Shown here: positions 27,568 through 36,924 of the stretch, piece after piece
Layout of the letters: each line of letters starts with the position of its first letter
Position numbering within the stretch: position 1 is the first letter of the stretch
Assembly: GCA_947085655.1 (NCBI GenBank)
Contig: CAMTXH010000011.1
Location: 1,515-65,514, forward strand
Source of the DNA: an uncultured Omnitrophica bacterium
GTDB taxonomy: Bacteria; Omnitrophota; Gorgyraeia; JACQQV01
Length of the DNA: 64,000 bases
Direction of reading: 5' to 3'
Program-made: the position numbers and the translations under genes
Notes under the pieces: model-generated
What the model saw: only the letters and a program-made list of their open reading frames with translations
What the model was told of the DNA's origin: nothing
The model's database searches: none

Positions 27568-29306
27568 GAGACCGTTTATGGGAATTCCCACGTTCTTCTC
27601 CGAGACTAATATTTTTCCTGGCAGGTTGCTTCTTTTTAGGACTCGGTTTCTGCCTGGAGCCCCTCTCGCTTACGAGGCTCATCGCGCGATTCTGGCCGGA
27701 TGCCCCGAACCTTTCCTATCGCTTCAGCGGGATGCGCCTCTTTATTAGATCCCTTCAGGGGGCTGGCGTTTTTCTTGTTTTGGCGCCGGTCGTTGAATGT
27801 TTTTTTCCGACAGGCGCGGATTTCCTGTACAAATCGGCAAGGTGGATTCTAGGCCGCTTCGAGAAAAGGGTCTTTCGATTCGTTTTCGTGGCGGGGATCT
27901 TTGTCCTAACCGTTTTACTCGGCTTGCAATGGACCCATTTCCTTCCCATTGTTTCGGATGAACACGCCTACCGTTTTCAGGCCCAGACCTTGGCGGGAGG
28001 GAAGTTATGGGCGCCTGTGCACCCCTTGATGGAATTCTTCAGAGCGGAACAGACGCTTATCTCCGATGGAAAATGGTTCGGCAAGTACCCCTTTGGCTGG
28101 CCGTTGTTCCTTGCATTCGGATTTGGGTTGCGGGCACCTTGGCTGGTCAACCCACTTCTGGGCGTATTTCTTCTCTTTGTGACCTACTTTCTGGCACTCC
28201 GGGTGACGGGTGAACGCCTTGCCGCTGCTGTGGCACTGATTCTTGTTTCGATCTCTCCCTTTTTCCTTCTTCATGCTGTGTCATGGTTTCCTCATGTGGC
28301 AAGCGCACTCTGCATGGGGGGGATGCTCTGGGCGGCGGTCGTGGCCCAGGATGAGCAAAATATGTTTTTGGCGTGGTTGGCTGGATGTCTTTTGGGTCTG
28401 GGGCTGGTCATCCGTCCACAGGATGTCCTGGCGGTCGGGCTGCCGTTCATCATCTTTCTGTTGAGCCGAAAAAGGGCGGGCGGACATAGGATCGTGGTTA
28501 GAATGTTTCCAGGGGTTCTTTGTTTCATTCTGCTGACAGCTGTCTATAACGCCCTCCTGATGGGAGATCCTTTTACTTTTCCTTATCTTGCCTACAACCC
28601 TTTGGAGCGGCTTGGGCTGGGAAGGGGCAACCTTTTTGGAACGGCTCTTCGGCGAAGTCTATTTTATCTTGTCAGACTCCATCTGTGGGTTTTTCCTTAT
28701 GCGCTCGTTTTTCTCTTTGCCCTGATCCGCGTCCGAAAGCACTGGTCGGAGAGAATGCTGGGTTGGTGTCTTATCGGCGTGGCGGGGGTGCCTTTTCTGT
28801 ATTTCCACGAAGGCGGCATCGCTTACGGTCCCCGCTATTATTTTGCAGGAATAATCCCCTTTAGCATTTTGGCGGGCCACGGAATTCTTTTGGCGTTCCG
28901 GCGCCTTTCAGGGGAGACGTGGAAACGCCAGCTTACCGTCTTTCTGCTTGGCTGTCTTCTTCTGAATGTCGCGTATCTCTTTAATCATTCCAAGTCCGTC
29001 CGAGATTGGATCCAGCCCCATGCACTTTCCCGGACCGTCAGGCAGAGACATTTGACAGATGCCCTGATTTTCATTTCTATCAAGAGTTCCTTGGCTTCAA
29101 AGCGGACGGTTTTATCCAATGAACCATTTCTAGAAAGCTCTGTTTTATACGCGGTGGATCTCGGAGCGGAAAATATCAAACTTATCAACTTTTACCCCGA
29201 CAAAAAGCCTTACCTTGCCGTCTTTGACGAGGAGGAAAGGCGTTGGCGGCTTGAACGCCTGATGGAGGAAGGCGATATCCATTCTTTCATCTCTTCTGAG
29301 CGATAG
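27564..29306 (+). CDS. GT-C membrane glycosyltransferase (PMT_2-like)
   Basis: SDEHAYRFQA, GKYPFGWP, YNALLMGDP and YGPRYY. TTG start at 27564 with a GAGAGG RBS. Confidence 0.82.
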   Translation: MRDRLWEFPRSSPRLIFFLAGCFFLGLGFCLEPLSLTRLIARFWPDAPNLSYRFSGMRLFIRSLQGAGVFLVLAPVVECFFPTGADFLYKSARWILGRFEKRVFRFVFVAGIFVLTVLLGLQWTHFLPIVSDEHAYRFQAQTLAGGKLWAPVHPLMEFFRAEQTLISDGKWFGKYPFGWPLFLAFGFGLRAPWLVNPLLGVFLLFVTYFLALRVTGERLAAAVALILVSISPFFLLHAVSWFPHVASALCMGGMLWAAVVAQDEQNMFLAWLAGCLLGLGLVIRPQDVLAVGLPFIIFLLSRKRAGGHRIVVRMFPGVLCFILLTAVYNALLMGDPFTFPYLAYNPLERLGLGRGNLFGTALRRSLFYLVRLHLWVFPYALVFLFALIRVRKHWSERMLGWCLIGVAGVPFLYFHEGGIAYGPRYYFAGIIPFSILAGHGILLAFRRLSGETWKRQLTVFLLGCLLLNVAYLFNHSKSVRDWIQPHALSRTVRQRHLTDALIFISIKSSLASKRTVLSNEPFLESSVLYAVDLGAENIKLINFYPDKKPYLAVFDEEERRWRLERLMEEGDIHSFISSER

Positions 29307-29448
29307 GAGGGAGACTTGGATTGTCAAAAATTCTGCAGGAGCGGCAGATCGTGTGGACCTCCTTCCAATCCGAACGATAGCGGACATTGAAAAGTTTCCG
29401 CGAGCCGCTATAGGCGTCGTTATTCCAGATGGCGCGGAAGGAGTCTTT
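29287..29448 (-). pseudogene. 3' remnant of a radical SAM SPASM-domain gene
   Basis: A start-less minus-strand frame reads KDSFRAIWNNDAYSGSRKLFNVRYRSDWKEVHTICRSCRIFDNPSLPPIAQKR*, matching the SPASM tail pattern SFxxIWN...R...CxxC. Confidence 0.7.
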
Positions 29449-29483
29449 CTAACGGGGTTCTTCTTGGCAAAAATCTTCCTAAA

Positions 29484-31073
29484 TTATGGTGTTATTTCCC
29501 GCGGTATCTTCCTGTTTTCTCCTCCCCCTTTCCCGCTGGGGTGGGGGCCGATTTTGTAGATATAGGTGGCCTTTACGGGATCCCCAAAGAAAAGTTCTGT
29601 GTCATTTCCTCCCCCCTCAAGCTCCATGCCAAAGACATATCCATAAGTGGAAGACCACCAGGAACCGGCAAATTTGCTCGATAGCCCTGTCGTTCCTGTC
29701 CCATCACTCCCATAAAGGGCGAAGTGGGTGGGCTCAGTTGCCAAGTTGATCGTGGAAGGCAAGTGCGTCCCCTGGCCCCAGACGATGTGCGCCTCTCCGA
29801 CAAAAGTTGTGAATTGGTTGTATTTCCCACGTGTACGGGGCGCAAGGATAAGCAGGTCTTGAAACCCGTCTCCGTCAAAATCTGAAATGAAGTTTGAAAA
29901 ACCGAGCATATCATTCGCATGAGCACTATTCCATACCACGACATCCGGCTGTGTTGCAATATTGCTTTCCGACCCATAGGTAAGGTAGGTATAAACTCCC
30001 CCCTCGCCGCTTACCAGGTCTGTAATCTGATCGCCATCCAGGTCTGCAGTAATTAAGTTAGGATGCCTGCCAGCCCAAGCATAGTTACCCACCCAGTCCG
30101 CAGAGGCAAGACTTCGTTCCGAATTCTTTCCAAAAATCATCTTGATGGGACCCAATTTCGGCGAAACGATGATGTCATTGATTGGATCGCCTGTCTCTGC
30201 ATCAAAATCGCCGTTTAAGTTTCCTACGGCTACTGCATTTCCGTATCTTTTGCCTGTTGTCTCCCCATAGAGATAAAGGTCGACGTTGGACCTGCTCAGG
30301 ACCATCGAAGATTTACTCCAGTCCATCCGGGTTATCACATAGACTTCTCCCCCGTCAGGAAACGCATTGTTCGGACCATCCGCTGAAGGAGCGCCGATGA
30401 GGATATCACTTCTTCCGTCACCATTGACATCTCCTGTTGCAACAGAAAATCCAGCCCGGTCTCCTTCATCTTTTCCAAAGAAGGTAAAACTGGGTTGTTT
30501 CAGGGCAAAATCCCAACTCTTTTCGAGGTTTTCCCTCATCTCTTTTATTGCTTTTCCCAAAACAAGATAAACCTCCCCTTTCTCAACCCGATCGGCTAGA
30601 TTACCCTGACAATTGATATCCAGTTTACAAAAGACAGGCATCCCGAAGAGGATGTCATCAAACCCATCTTGGTCTAAGTCATCCACGGCCATCCAGTGCA
30701 TAGGGTGATCTACAACAACATCGCTGGCCCATGGAGCTCGCTTTTTAGTGACAATCATAAAATCTGCATCTGAAAAACTTCGGCCGTTGCCATTATTATT
30801 GAGCGATGAAAGGGTAGCATCAAAAAAGATGCCGACGTAACTTTGATTCGTTCTCGTTACAGCTCCTCTGAAAATAAGATCAGGCAGTCCATTTCCATCG
30901 ATATCACCTTGCAGGGCTTGGACGGCGGCGCTTCCCACGGATGGGTTACTCCAAAGAATTGTATCTGGACGGTCTTCTCCAAGGTTCTTATCTGGATGCC
31001 CCGCCCAGGCGATCGGAACCAACGAGGCAAATATCATCCCGATCCCTAAAAACCAGCTCAGTATCCTTTTCAT
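29484..31073 (-). CDS. Secreted FG-GAP (integrin-alpha-like) beta-propeller protein
   Basis: Signal peptide and repeated Ca-binding motifs GDIDGNGLPDL, DDLDQDGFDDI, GFSVATGDVNGDGRSDILIGAP, ADLDGDQITDL and DFDGDGFQDL. Confidence 0.88.
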   Translation of the reverse strand: MKRILSWFLGIGMIFASLVPIAWAGHPDKNLGEDRPDTILWSNPSVGSAAVQALQGDIDGNGLPDLIFRGAVTRTNQSYVGIFFDATLSSLNNNGNGRSFSDADFMIVTKKRAPWASDVVVDHPMHWMAVDDLDQDGFDDILFGMPVFCKLDINCQGNLADRVEKGEVYLVLGKAIKEMRENLEKSWDFALKQPSFTFFGKDEGDRAGFSVATGDVNGDGRSDILIGAPSADGPNNAFPDGGEVYVITRMDWSKSSMVLSRSNVDLYLYGETTGKRYGNAVAVGNLNGDFDAETGDPINDIIVSPKLGPIKMIFGKNSERSLASADWVGNYAWAGRHPNLITADLDGDQITDLVSGEGGVYTYLTYGSESNIATQPDVVVWNSAHANDMLGFSNFISDFDGDGFQDLLILAPRTRGKYNQFTTFVGEAHIVWGQGTHLPSTINLATEPTHFALYGSDGTGTTGLSSKFAGSWWSSTYGYVFGMELEGGGNDTELFFGDPVKATYIYKIGPHPSGKGGGENRKIPREITP

Positions 31074-31181
31074 CAGAAATCTCCTTAGGGGTCAAAGACA
31101 AAAATAGATCGAGTGGCTCGATCTAACCAAAGCATACCTGACAAAATGCCAAAAATCAAGGCGTCCTCTTATCCCATAGCG

Positions 31182-32108
31182 TCAAGAACTCTGTTTACGC
31201 GCGATGACCTCAATGGTTCCTCCTCGGCCCATCGCACTTTCCAGCGTGGCGAAGAGAACTGCCGGGATAAAAAACAAGATCCAAAGGACTTTTGCCAGAA
31301 CCCATCTCCCATGTTTGACGTCATCAAAAAAATCCTGCGAGGGAGGCGGTGTTCCTAATCCAAACAGATGCAAGAGACTCATGCGCCAGCCAAAGACATT
31401 TTGAATAGAGGAAAAGTGATCGAGGGTTAATATTTGGAACCCCATTTTTTCAAGAAACGTTCTGAGAACCTCTTGAGAGAAAAGGGTAAGATGGCGGGGC
31501 GCGTCCAGGTGGTACCAGTATCGACCGAAGAATCTTGCCTGCCAACTCATCCCATTGGGCACGGCAATCACAAGATGTCCGTTCATTTTTAATGCGGCAT
31601 GGACTTTTTCAAGACATAAAAGCGGAGAGGTCAAATGTTCTAATGTATGCCAGAGGGTGATGCAATCATAGTGCCCCTGAGGAAGCAGGACGTCTTCGAT
31701 CGGCGCCTGTTTCACCCTCAGGCCAAAATCCTTCTCCGCCGCCTCCGCACTCTGCCTTGAGAAATCAACCCCCTCAACCTCCCAACCTCTTTTTCTCATT
31801 TCATCCAAGAAAAATCCTCTCCCACAGCCGATGTCGAGAAGTCTCCCCTTTATCGCCACGCTTTCGACCATGCGTACTTTACGTCTTAGATTAAGGTCCT
31901 GCTTTTCTTGATAAGACGGGGGGTAGGCCTTATGAAGCTGATCTTGGGAAAGGGGTGAGGAGAGGTAAATGAGACCGCACTGGACACACGTCAGATAAGT
32001 AAAAGTTCCCTCTGTCTTCCAGTTCAGATCCCCTGCGATTTGAAAGAGTTCTGAGTCCTGCGAACCACATAACGGGCAACTCATCTCCCTCACGACCACA
32101 CCTGGCAT
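31182..32108 (-). CDS. Class I SAM-dependent methyltransferase with a Zn-ribbon
   Basis: CPLC...CVQCG, LLDIGCGRG, WHTLEHL and DAPRHL. Confidence 0.88.
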   Translation of the reverse strand: MPGVVVREMSCPLCGSQDSELFQIAGDLNWKTEGTFTYLTCVQCGLIYLSSPLSQDQLHKAYPPSYQEKQDLNLRRKVRMVESVAIKGRLLDIGCGRGFFLDEMRKRGWEVEGVDFSRQSAEAAEKDFGLRVKQAPIEDVLLPQGHYDCITLWHTLEHLTSPLLCLEKVHAALKMNGHLVIAVPNGMSWQARFFGRYWYHLDAPRHLTLFSQEVLRTFLEKMGFQILTLDHFSSIQNVFGWRMSLLHLFGLGTPPPSQDFFDDVKHGRWVLAKVLWILFFIPAVLFATLESAMGRGGTIEVIARKQSS

Positions 32109-32156
32109 ACGATCATTGTAAATCCCTTGTACATTATACCAAATTTGTTTGTTTCG

Positions 32157-32185
32157 TTGACGTCGGAAACCGTTTGTGATATACT
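32157..32185 (+). promoter_or_regulatory. Sigma70 promoter of the phosphodiesterase/prenol operon
   Basis: TTGACG-17 nt-TATACT with an extended -10 TG. Confidence 0.75.
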
Positions 32186-32236
32186 ATTTTTTCAGAACTT
32201 ATTAGAGGCAATAGGGTTATAAACTTTGAGAAGGGT

Positions 32237-34402
32237 TTGATGCGATCCCGTGCCTGTTTTTTCTTTTTCGTCGTTCTTTCAGGATTATTTTTTTCTTCGG
32301 GTTGGCCTCCGCTTTCTGAGGCAGAAGGGGTACCTGAACGCGTCATCATCCTCGGTTTCGACGGCGTGGATCCGACGTTGCTTGAGCGATGGATGGACGA
32401 AGGGGAACTGCCGAACCTCGCCTCCCTCCGTCGGTCCGGAACCTACCTTCACCTCGGAACGACGCTCCCGCCACAGTCTCCGGTTTCATGGGCTGTTTTT
32501 TCAACCGGCATGAACCCGGGCAAGACCCGGATCTTTGATTTTCTCCACAGGACACCCGGAAGTTACCTCCCTGATTTTGCGATGCTCGGGGAAGGGACCC
32601 TGACGATTTTCCCCCATCCGCTCAAGCGGCTTGGGGCTTCTGCGGCGTTTGGTCTTGTTTGGTTCGGTGTTCTTTTTTTTCTTTTGAGACGGAAGCGGCA
32701 CCGGATTCTTTTTTCCGGAGGAATCGGACTTTTGGGATTGACCTCTTTCCTTTTTCTTTGGCAGTGGATTCCGCCCAAGATTCCGAAACCTTTTTCCCGC
32801 AAAGAGGGGCATTCCTTCTGGCAAAGGGCTTCCGAGAAGGGAATCCGGTCGGTCGTGATTCGCGTGCCGGCCAATTTTCCTCCCGAGCCGGTTTCCGGCG
32901 GGAGACTTCTTTCGGGACTCGGGGTGCCGGATGTCCGGAAGACCTTCGGAACTTTTTCCTTCTATACCACCGAACCGCTTCCCCTTTCCGATACCGAGAT
33001 GGGGGGAAAAATCATTCCGGTCCGCTTCCGGGGGAATGAGGTAAAGACATTTGTCTGGGGACCGAAAGATTTCACAAAGCCGGGGCAACCGGACCTTCGC
33101 CCGGAACTCGGCTTGTCGGTTCATCCGGAAACCGGGGAATGCATCATCCGGTTTCAAGGAAAATCCTATACGGTCCGGGAGGGGGAGTGGAGTCCCTGGG
33201 TCCATTTCCGGTTCGATTTGAATCCGCTTCTCCATCTGGATGCGATCGGCCGTTTTTACCTTTTGGAAATTTCCCCCGTCTTCCGGCTCTATCTTTCCCC
33301 GATCCAGTTTCATCCTTCCAGACTCCCCCCGAATATTTCCCTCTCGTTTCCCCGGAATTTTTCGGGTCATCTGGCGGGGGCGGTGGGACTTTACAAAACG
33401 ATCGGATGGCTTCAAGAGACCTGGGGACTGAACGAGGAGCGGCTCGATGAGGAGGGATTTTTGAAGGACCTTTTCCAGACGGAAAAGCAGCTTGAGGAGA
33501 TAATGCTCCATGAACTCGAAAAAGGGGACTGGCGGCTTTTTGTGGGGGTTTTCGAGGGAACGGACCGGATTCAGCATATGTACTGGCGGACCCTGGACCC
33601 GGTACATCCCGCCTATTCGGCAGAACTCGCCTCGCGATACGGGGATGTCATTCTCAAGAGTTACCGGGAAATGGATGAAACGGTCGGGCGCGTCTTGGAG
33701 CGTTTTGTGGACGAGGAGACGGTTCTTTTTATTCTTTCCGACCACGGATTCCGCAGTTACCGGGTGAATGTCAATTTGAATACCTGGCTGGTCGAGGAGG
33801 GATACCTGGTTCTCAAAGGGATGGGGGACATCCGGGACCGGAATCTCGAGGATTTGTTCAACCAGGGGGAATTCTGGCCGAATGTGGATTGGTCCCGGAC
33901 CCGCGCCTATGCCCTCGGACTTACCGGGATGTACATCAATCTGAAAGGGAGGGAGCCGGAAGGAATTGTTTCCCGGGAAGAATACGACGCCGTCCGGGGA
34001 CAACTAGTTCAGGATCTTCTCTCCCTCAAGGATCCTAAAACGGAAACCCACCCCATTTTGAATGTGTACCGCCGGGAAGAGGTCTATTCCGGTCCTTATC
34101 TTGAGGAGGCGCCGGATCTTATCCTCGGATTCGCAGACGGGTACCGGGTCTCCTGGCAGACCGCCCTCGGCGGCATCCCGGCGGAAATCTTTGAGGAGAA
34201 TAACCGGAAGTGGAGCGGGGATCACTGTTCCTACGATCCCTCGGTGACTTCCGGCATCTTTTTCTGCAATCGGAAAGTCGACCGTGATGCGCTCCAAATC
34301 ATGGATCTTGCACCGACGGTATTGGAGATTTTCGGAGTGGGAATCCCTTCCGAAATGGATGGGAAGTCTTTTTGGAAATCGGTTGCGTCTGGTCAGAACT
34401 GA
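32237..34402 (+). CDS. Type I phosphodiesterase / nucleotide pyrophosphatase family protein with an internal TM hairpin
   Basis: ILGFDGVD, PPQSPVSW, TDRIQH, SDHGF, SGDH and DLAPTVL. Two hydrophobic helices are inserted after the nucleophile region. Confidence 0.85.
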   Translation: MMRSRACFFFFVVLSGLFFSSGWPPLSEAEGVPERVIILGFDGVDPTLLERWMDEGELPNLASLRRSGTYLHLGTTLPPQSPVSWAVFSTGMNPGKTRIFDFLHRTPGSYLPDFAMLGEGTLTIFPHPLKRLGASAAFGLVWFGVLFFLLRRKRHRILFSGGIGLLGLTSFLFLWQWIPPKIPKPFSRKEGHSFWQRASEKGIRSVVIRVPANFPPEPVSGGRLLSGLGVPDVRKTFGTFSFYTTEPLPLSDTEMGGKIIPVRFRGNEVKTFVWGPKDFTKPGQPDLRPELGLSVHPETGECIIRFQGKSYTVREGEWSPWVHFRFDLNPLLHLDAIGRFYLLEISPVFRLYLSPIQFHPSRLPPNISLSFPRNFSGHLAGAVGLYKTIGWLQETWGLNEERLDEEGFLKDLFQTEKQLEEIMLHELEKGDWRLFVGVFEGTDRIQHMYWRTLDPVHPAYSAELASRYGDVILKSYREMDETVGRVLERFVDEETVLFILSDHGFRSYRVNVNLNTWLVEEGYLVLKGMGDIRDRNLEDLFNQGEFWPNVDWSRTRAYALGLTGMYINLKGREPEGIVSREEYDAVRGQLVQDLLSLKDPKTETHPILNVYRREEVYSGPYLEEAPDLILGFADGYRVSWQTALGGIPAEIFEENNRKWSGDHCSYDPSVTSGIFFCNRKVDRDALQIMDLAPTVLEIFGVGIPSEMDGKSFWKSVASGQN

Positions 34403-34414
34403 AAGGAGAAGACC

Positions 34415-34597
34415 ATGGAAAAGAATTCCTTCACAAACATTCTCATCCTTTTAGGCGGTTTGTCCTTTGGGGTGGGGGTGGTTTGGAAATTGTTCAATCT
34501 TTCCATCATGTTTGAGCCGCTGGTGCTTTGGCGGTTTTCCATCGGGTGTTTGGCCCTTGCGACCGCCCTTTTGCTTCAACGGATCGCCCAAAGGTAA
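34415..34597 (+). CDS. Small two-TM membrane protein
   Basis: Strong AAGGAG RBS, 60 aa, two hydrophobic helices, and it fills the gap in the operon. Confidence 0.7.
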   Translation: MEKNSFTNILILLGGLSFGVGVVWKLFNLSIMFEPLVLWRFSIGCLALATALLLQRIAQR

Positions 34598-34615
34598 AAA
34601 AGCCGGCATAAACCG

Positions 34616-35275
34616 ATGTGGGAAGGGTGGGCCCTTTGCATCTCTTTTTTGTATGTCCTTGCCGTTTTGGCTGCGGCCAAACAGGCCGAGCAGCGAAAAC
34701 TCGCCTCGTCCTTTGTGCTCCGGAAATTGGCGCATCTCCTCGTCGGAAGTTGGGTGTTGCCCGCCTATTTTTTGTTTGAGCACTGGTGGATGGCGGTGAT
34801 TCCGCCGTTTTGTTTTGTCTGGGCGAACCTCTATCTGGAAAAGCGGCGGTTTTTTTCCTTTGAGGAGGGCGAAGGGTACGGAACGGTCTATTTCCCGATT
34901 TCCATCGTTTTCCTTTTTACCCTTTTTTGGGAGATGCCGCTCCGCCCCTACGCCTGTTCCGGGATTTTGGCCATGGCATGGGGAGATCCCCTCGCCGCCA
35001 TCGTCGGAACAAAATGGGGACGCCTCCGGTTTCCGTTCGCAGCGGGACGCAAGACGGTGGAAGGGTCGCTCGTGATGTTGGGGGGATCCTTTCTGGCCGG
35101 TTGGGTGAGTCTTGCCCTTTTTCAGGGAGGATCCCTCGAGGAGATCTGGATGCCGTCCTTCTCCCTTGCGGCCGTCGCCACTTTGATGGAACTTTTTGCA
35201 GGTCGCGGTCTGGATAATCTTACCGTTCCCCTTGCCACCGCTTTGAGCGGCTACCTTTTCTTTGTGAGAGGATAG
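34616..35275 (+). CDS. CTP-dependent prenol kinase (phytol/farnesol/dolichol kinase family; VTE5/FOLK/SEC59-like)
   Basis: RKLAH, GTVYF, AWGDPLAAIVG, KTVEGS and E...GLDNLTVP are the signature motifs of this family. Confidence 0.88.
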   Translation: MWEGWALCISFLYVLAVLAAAKQAEQRKLASSFVLRKLAHLLVGSWVLPAYFLFEHWWMAVIPPFCFVWANLYLEKRRFFSFEEGEGYGTVYFPISIVFLFTLFWEMPLRPYACSGILAMAWGDPLAAIVGTKWGRLRFPFAAGRKTVEGSLVMLGGSFLAGWVSLALFQGGSLEEIWMPSFSLAAVATLMELFAGRGLDNLTVPLATALSGYLFFVRG

Positions 35276-36247
35276 ATGACGCTTCTCGTGACCGGAGGGA
35301 CCGGGTATCTCGGGGGTGCGGTTGTCCGGGTTCTCGCAAAAGATTACGCCTTGCGGCTTTTGGTTCGGGATCCGGCCAAAGTTTCTATCCGGGGAAAGGG
35401 GATCGAACCGGTCCAGGGGGACATCCGGGACCGGACGACCGTCCGGAGAGCGATACAAGGTTGCGAGGGTGTGTTGCATTTGGCCGCCGTGGTCAAACGC
35501 TGGGTGAGAAGACGGTCCCTCTTCGAGGAGGTGAATGTGGAGGGATTCCGGAACGTTGCGGAAAGTGCCTGGGAGGCGGGGGTTCAGCGTTTCCTTTACA
35601 CCTCCAGTGTCCTCGCCCTTGATCCGACGGAAAATGCGCCGAGCCGGAATCTCGCCGCCAATGCTTACGTCGCCTCGAAACAGAAAGCGCTCGCCCTGGC
35701 CAGGACCTATCAAACGGAGAATCGGCCCCTCATGATCATGATTCCGACCCTCCTTTACGGGCGGGGCAACTGGACAGAAGGTAATCATATTTCCTATCTG
35801 CTCAAGTCCCTTCTTTCGGGCACGTTTCCCGGATGGATTGACGGCGGGAGGTGGCGTTGGAATTTTGCGTATGTGGAGGATGTGGCAGCCGGCTACCGGC
35901 TCGCCATTGAAAAAGGAAAAATGGGGGAGGAGTATCTGTTGGGAGGGGAAACGGTTTCCGTCCGGGAATTCTTCACCCGGGCCGCCCGGATCGCCGGATG
36001 CCCTCTGCCCGGGCGGGAAATTCCCTACCCTGCTCTTTGGAGTTATGCGCTTCTTCAGGAGTTTCTGGCAGGGCTTTTTTCCAAAGAACCGGCCCTGACC
36101 CGGGGTATTTTGGCGACCTACCGGCATGACTGGGATTACCGGGATCAAAAAGCAAGGGAAACATTGGGATACACCTCCACTTCTCTCGACCAAGCCCTCA
36201 CTCGGACAATGCAGTGGCTGAAGGAGGATTCGTCATCGCGTTTGTAA
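35276..36247 (+). CDS. Extended SDR oxidoreductase, farnesol dehydrogenase (FLDH)/HpnA-like
   Basis: TGGTGYLG, YTSS and YxxxK (YVASK). The segments PGWIDGG, EKGKMGEEYLL and RHDWDY..KARETLGY resemble plant FLDH as recalled. Confidence 0.8.
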   Translation: MTLLVTGGTGYLGGAVVRVLAKDYALRLLVRDPAKVSIRGKGIEPVQGDIRDRTTVRRAIQGCEGVLHLAAVVKRWVRRRSLFEEVNVEGFRNVAESAWEAGVQRFLYTSSVLALDPTENAPSRNLAANAYVASKQKALALARTYQTENRPLMIMIPTLLYGRGNWTEGNHISYLLKSLLSGTFPGWIDGGRWRWNFAYVEDVAAGYRLAIEKGKMGEEYLLGGETVSVREFFTRAARIAGCPLPGREIPYPALWSYALLQEFLAGLFSKEPALTRGILATYRHDWDYRDQKARETLGYTSTSLDQALTRTMQWLKEDSSSRL

Positions 36248-36924
36248 TCGGATTTCTGGCCAATCTTATTTTCGCTGCCCTTGCCCTTTTGGCAAGGAGC
36301 GTCACCCTATCTGGGGCGCTGACGGGACTTTTGATCGGGACCTGGATTTACGGGATTTTGGGCTGGCGCGGATTTTCGGTCGTCGCGTTTTTTTTCATTT
36401 TCGGTTCATTCTTTACCCGATGGGGTTACGATGTGAAAAAGACCTGGGGCATGGCTCAGAGGTGGGGGGGCCGGCGGACCTATCGGGAGGCGCTTGCGAA
36501 GGGGCTTGGAGGGGCGCTTTTTGCAGCCGGCTTTGCTCTCGGGTATCCTTTTTCCCGGATCGCCTTTGTCGGTGCATTCGCGACCGCCTTTGCCGACACC
36601 ACCGCCACGGAACTCGGATCTCTTTACGGACGCAGACCCTTTCTTCTTTTTCCGTTTAAGCGGGTGGGAGCCGGAACACCGGGGGCGATCTCTTGGGAAG
36701 GAACCCTTTTGGGGATGCTTGCCTCCGCCGGACTTTCGGTCTTTTCCTGGAGGATCGGACTCATTGAACAGGGTGCCGTTCCCTGGGCGGTGGTGGGGAG
36801 TACGGCCGCTTTTGTCTCGGAAAGTTTCCTGGCTCGGCTCTCCATCGGGCACGATCTTCGGAATTTTCTGAACACACTCATGGGCGCTTTCTTTACGGTG
36901 GTGCTGGTCCGGTTTTTCGGATGA
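36214..36924 (+). CDS. DUF92/TMEM19 family membrane protein (VTE6 phytyl-phosphate kinase-like)
   Basis: LSGA, AQ..GGRR, ADTTATELG, GTPGAISWEGT and RNFLNT. The start codon is uncertain. Confidence 0.88.
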   Translation: MAEGGFVIAFVIGFLANLIFAALALLARSVTLSGALTGLLIGTWIYGILGWRGFSVVAFFFIFGSFFTRWGYDVKKTWGMAQRWGGRRTYREALAKGLGGALFAAGFALGYPFSRIAFVGAFATAFADTTATELGSLYGRRPFLLFPFKRVGAGTPGAISWEGTLLGMLASAGLSVFSWRIGLIEQGAVPWAVVGSTAAFVSESFLARLSIGHDLRNFLNTLMGAFFTVVLVRFFG

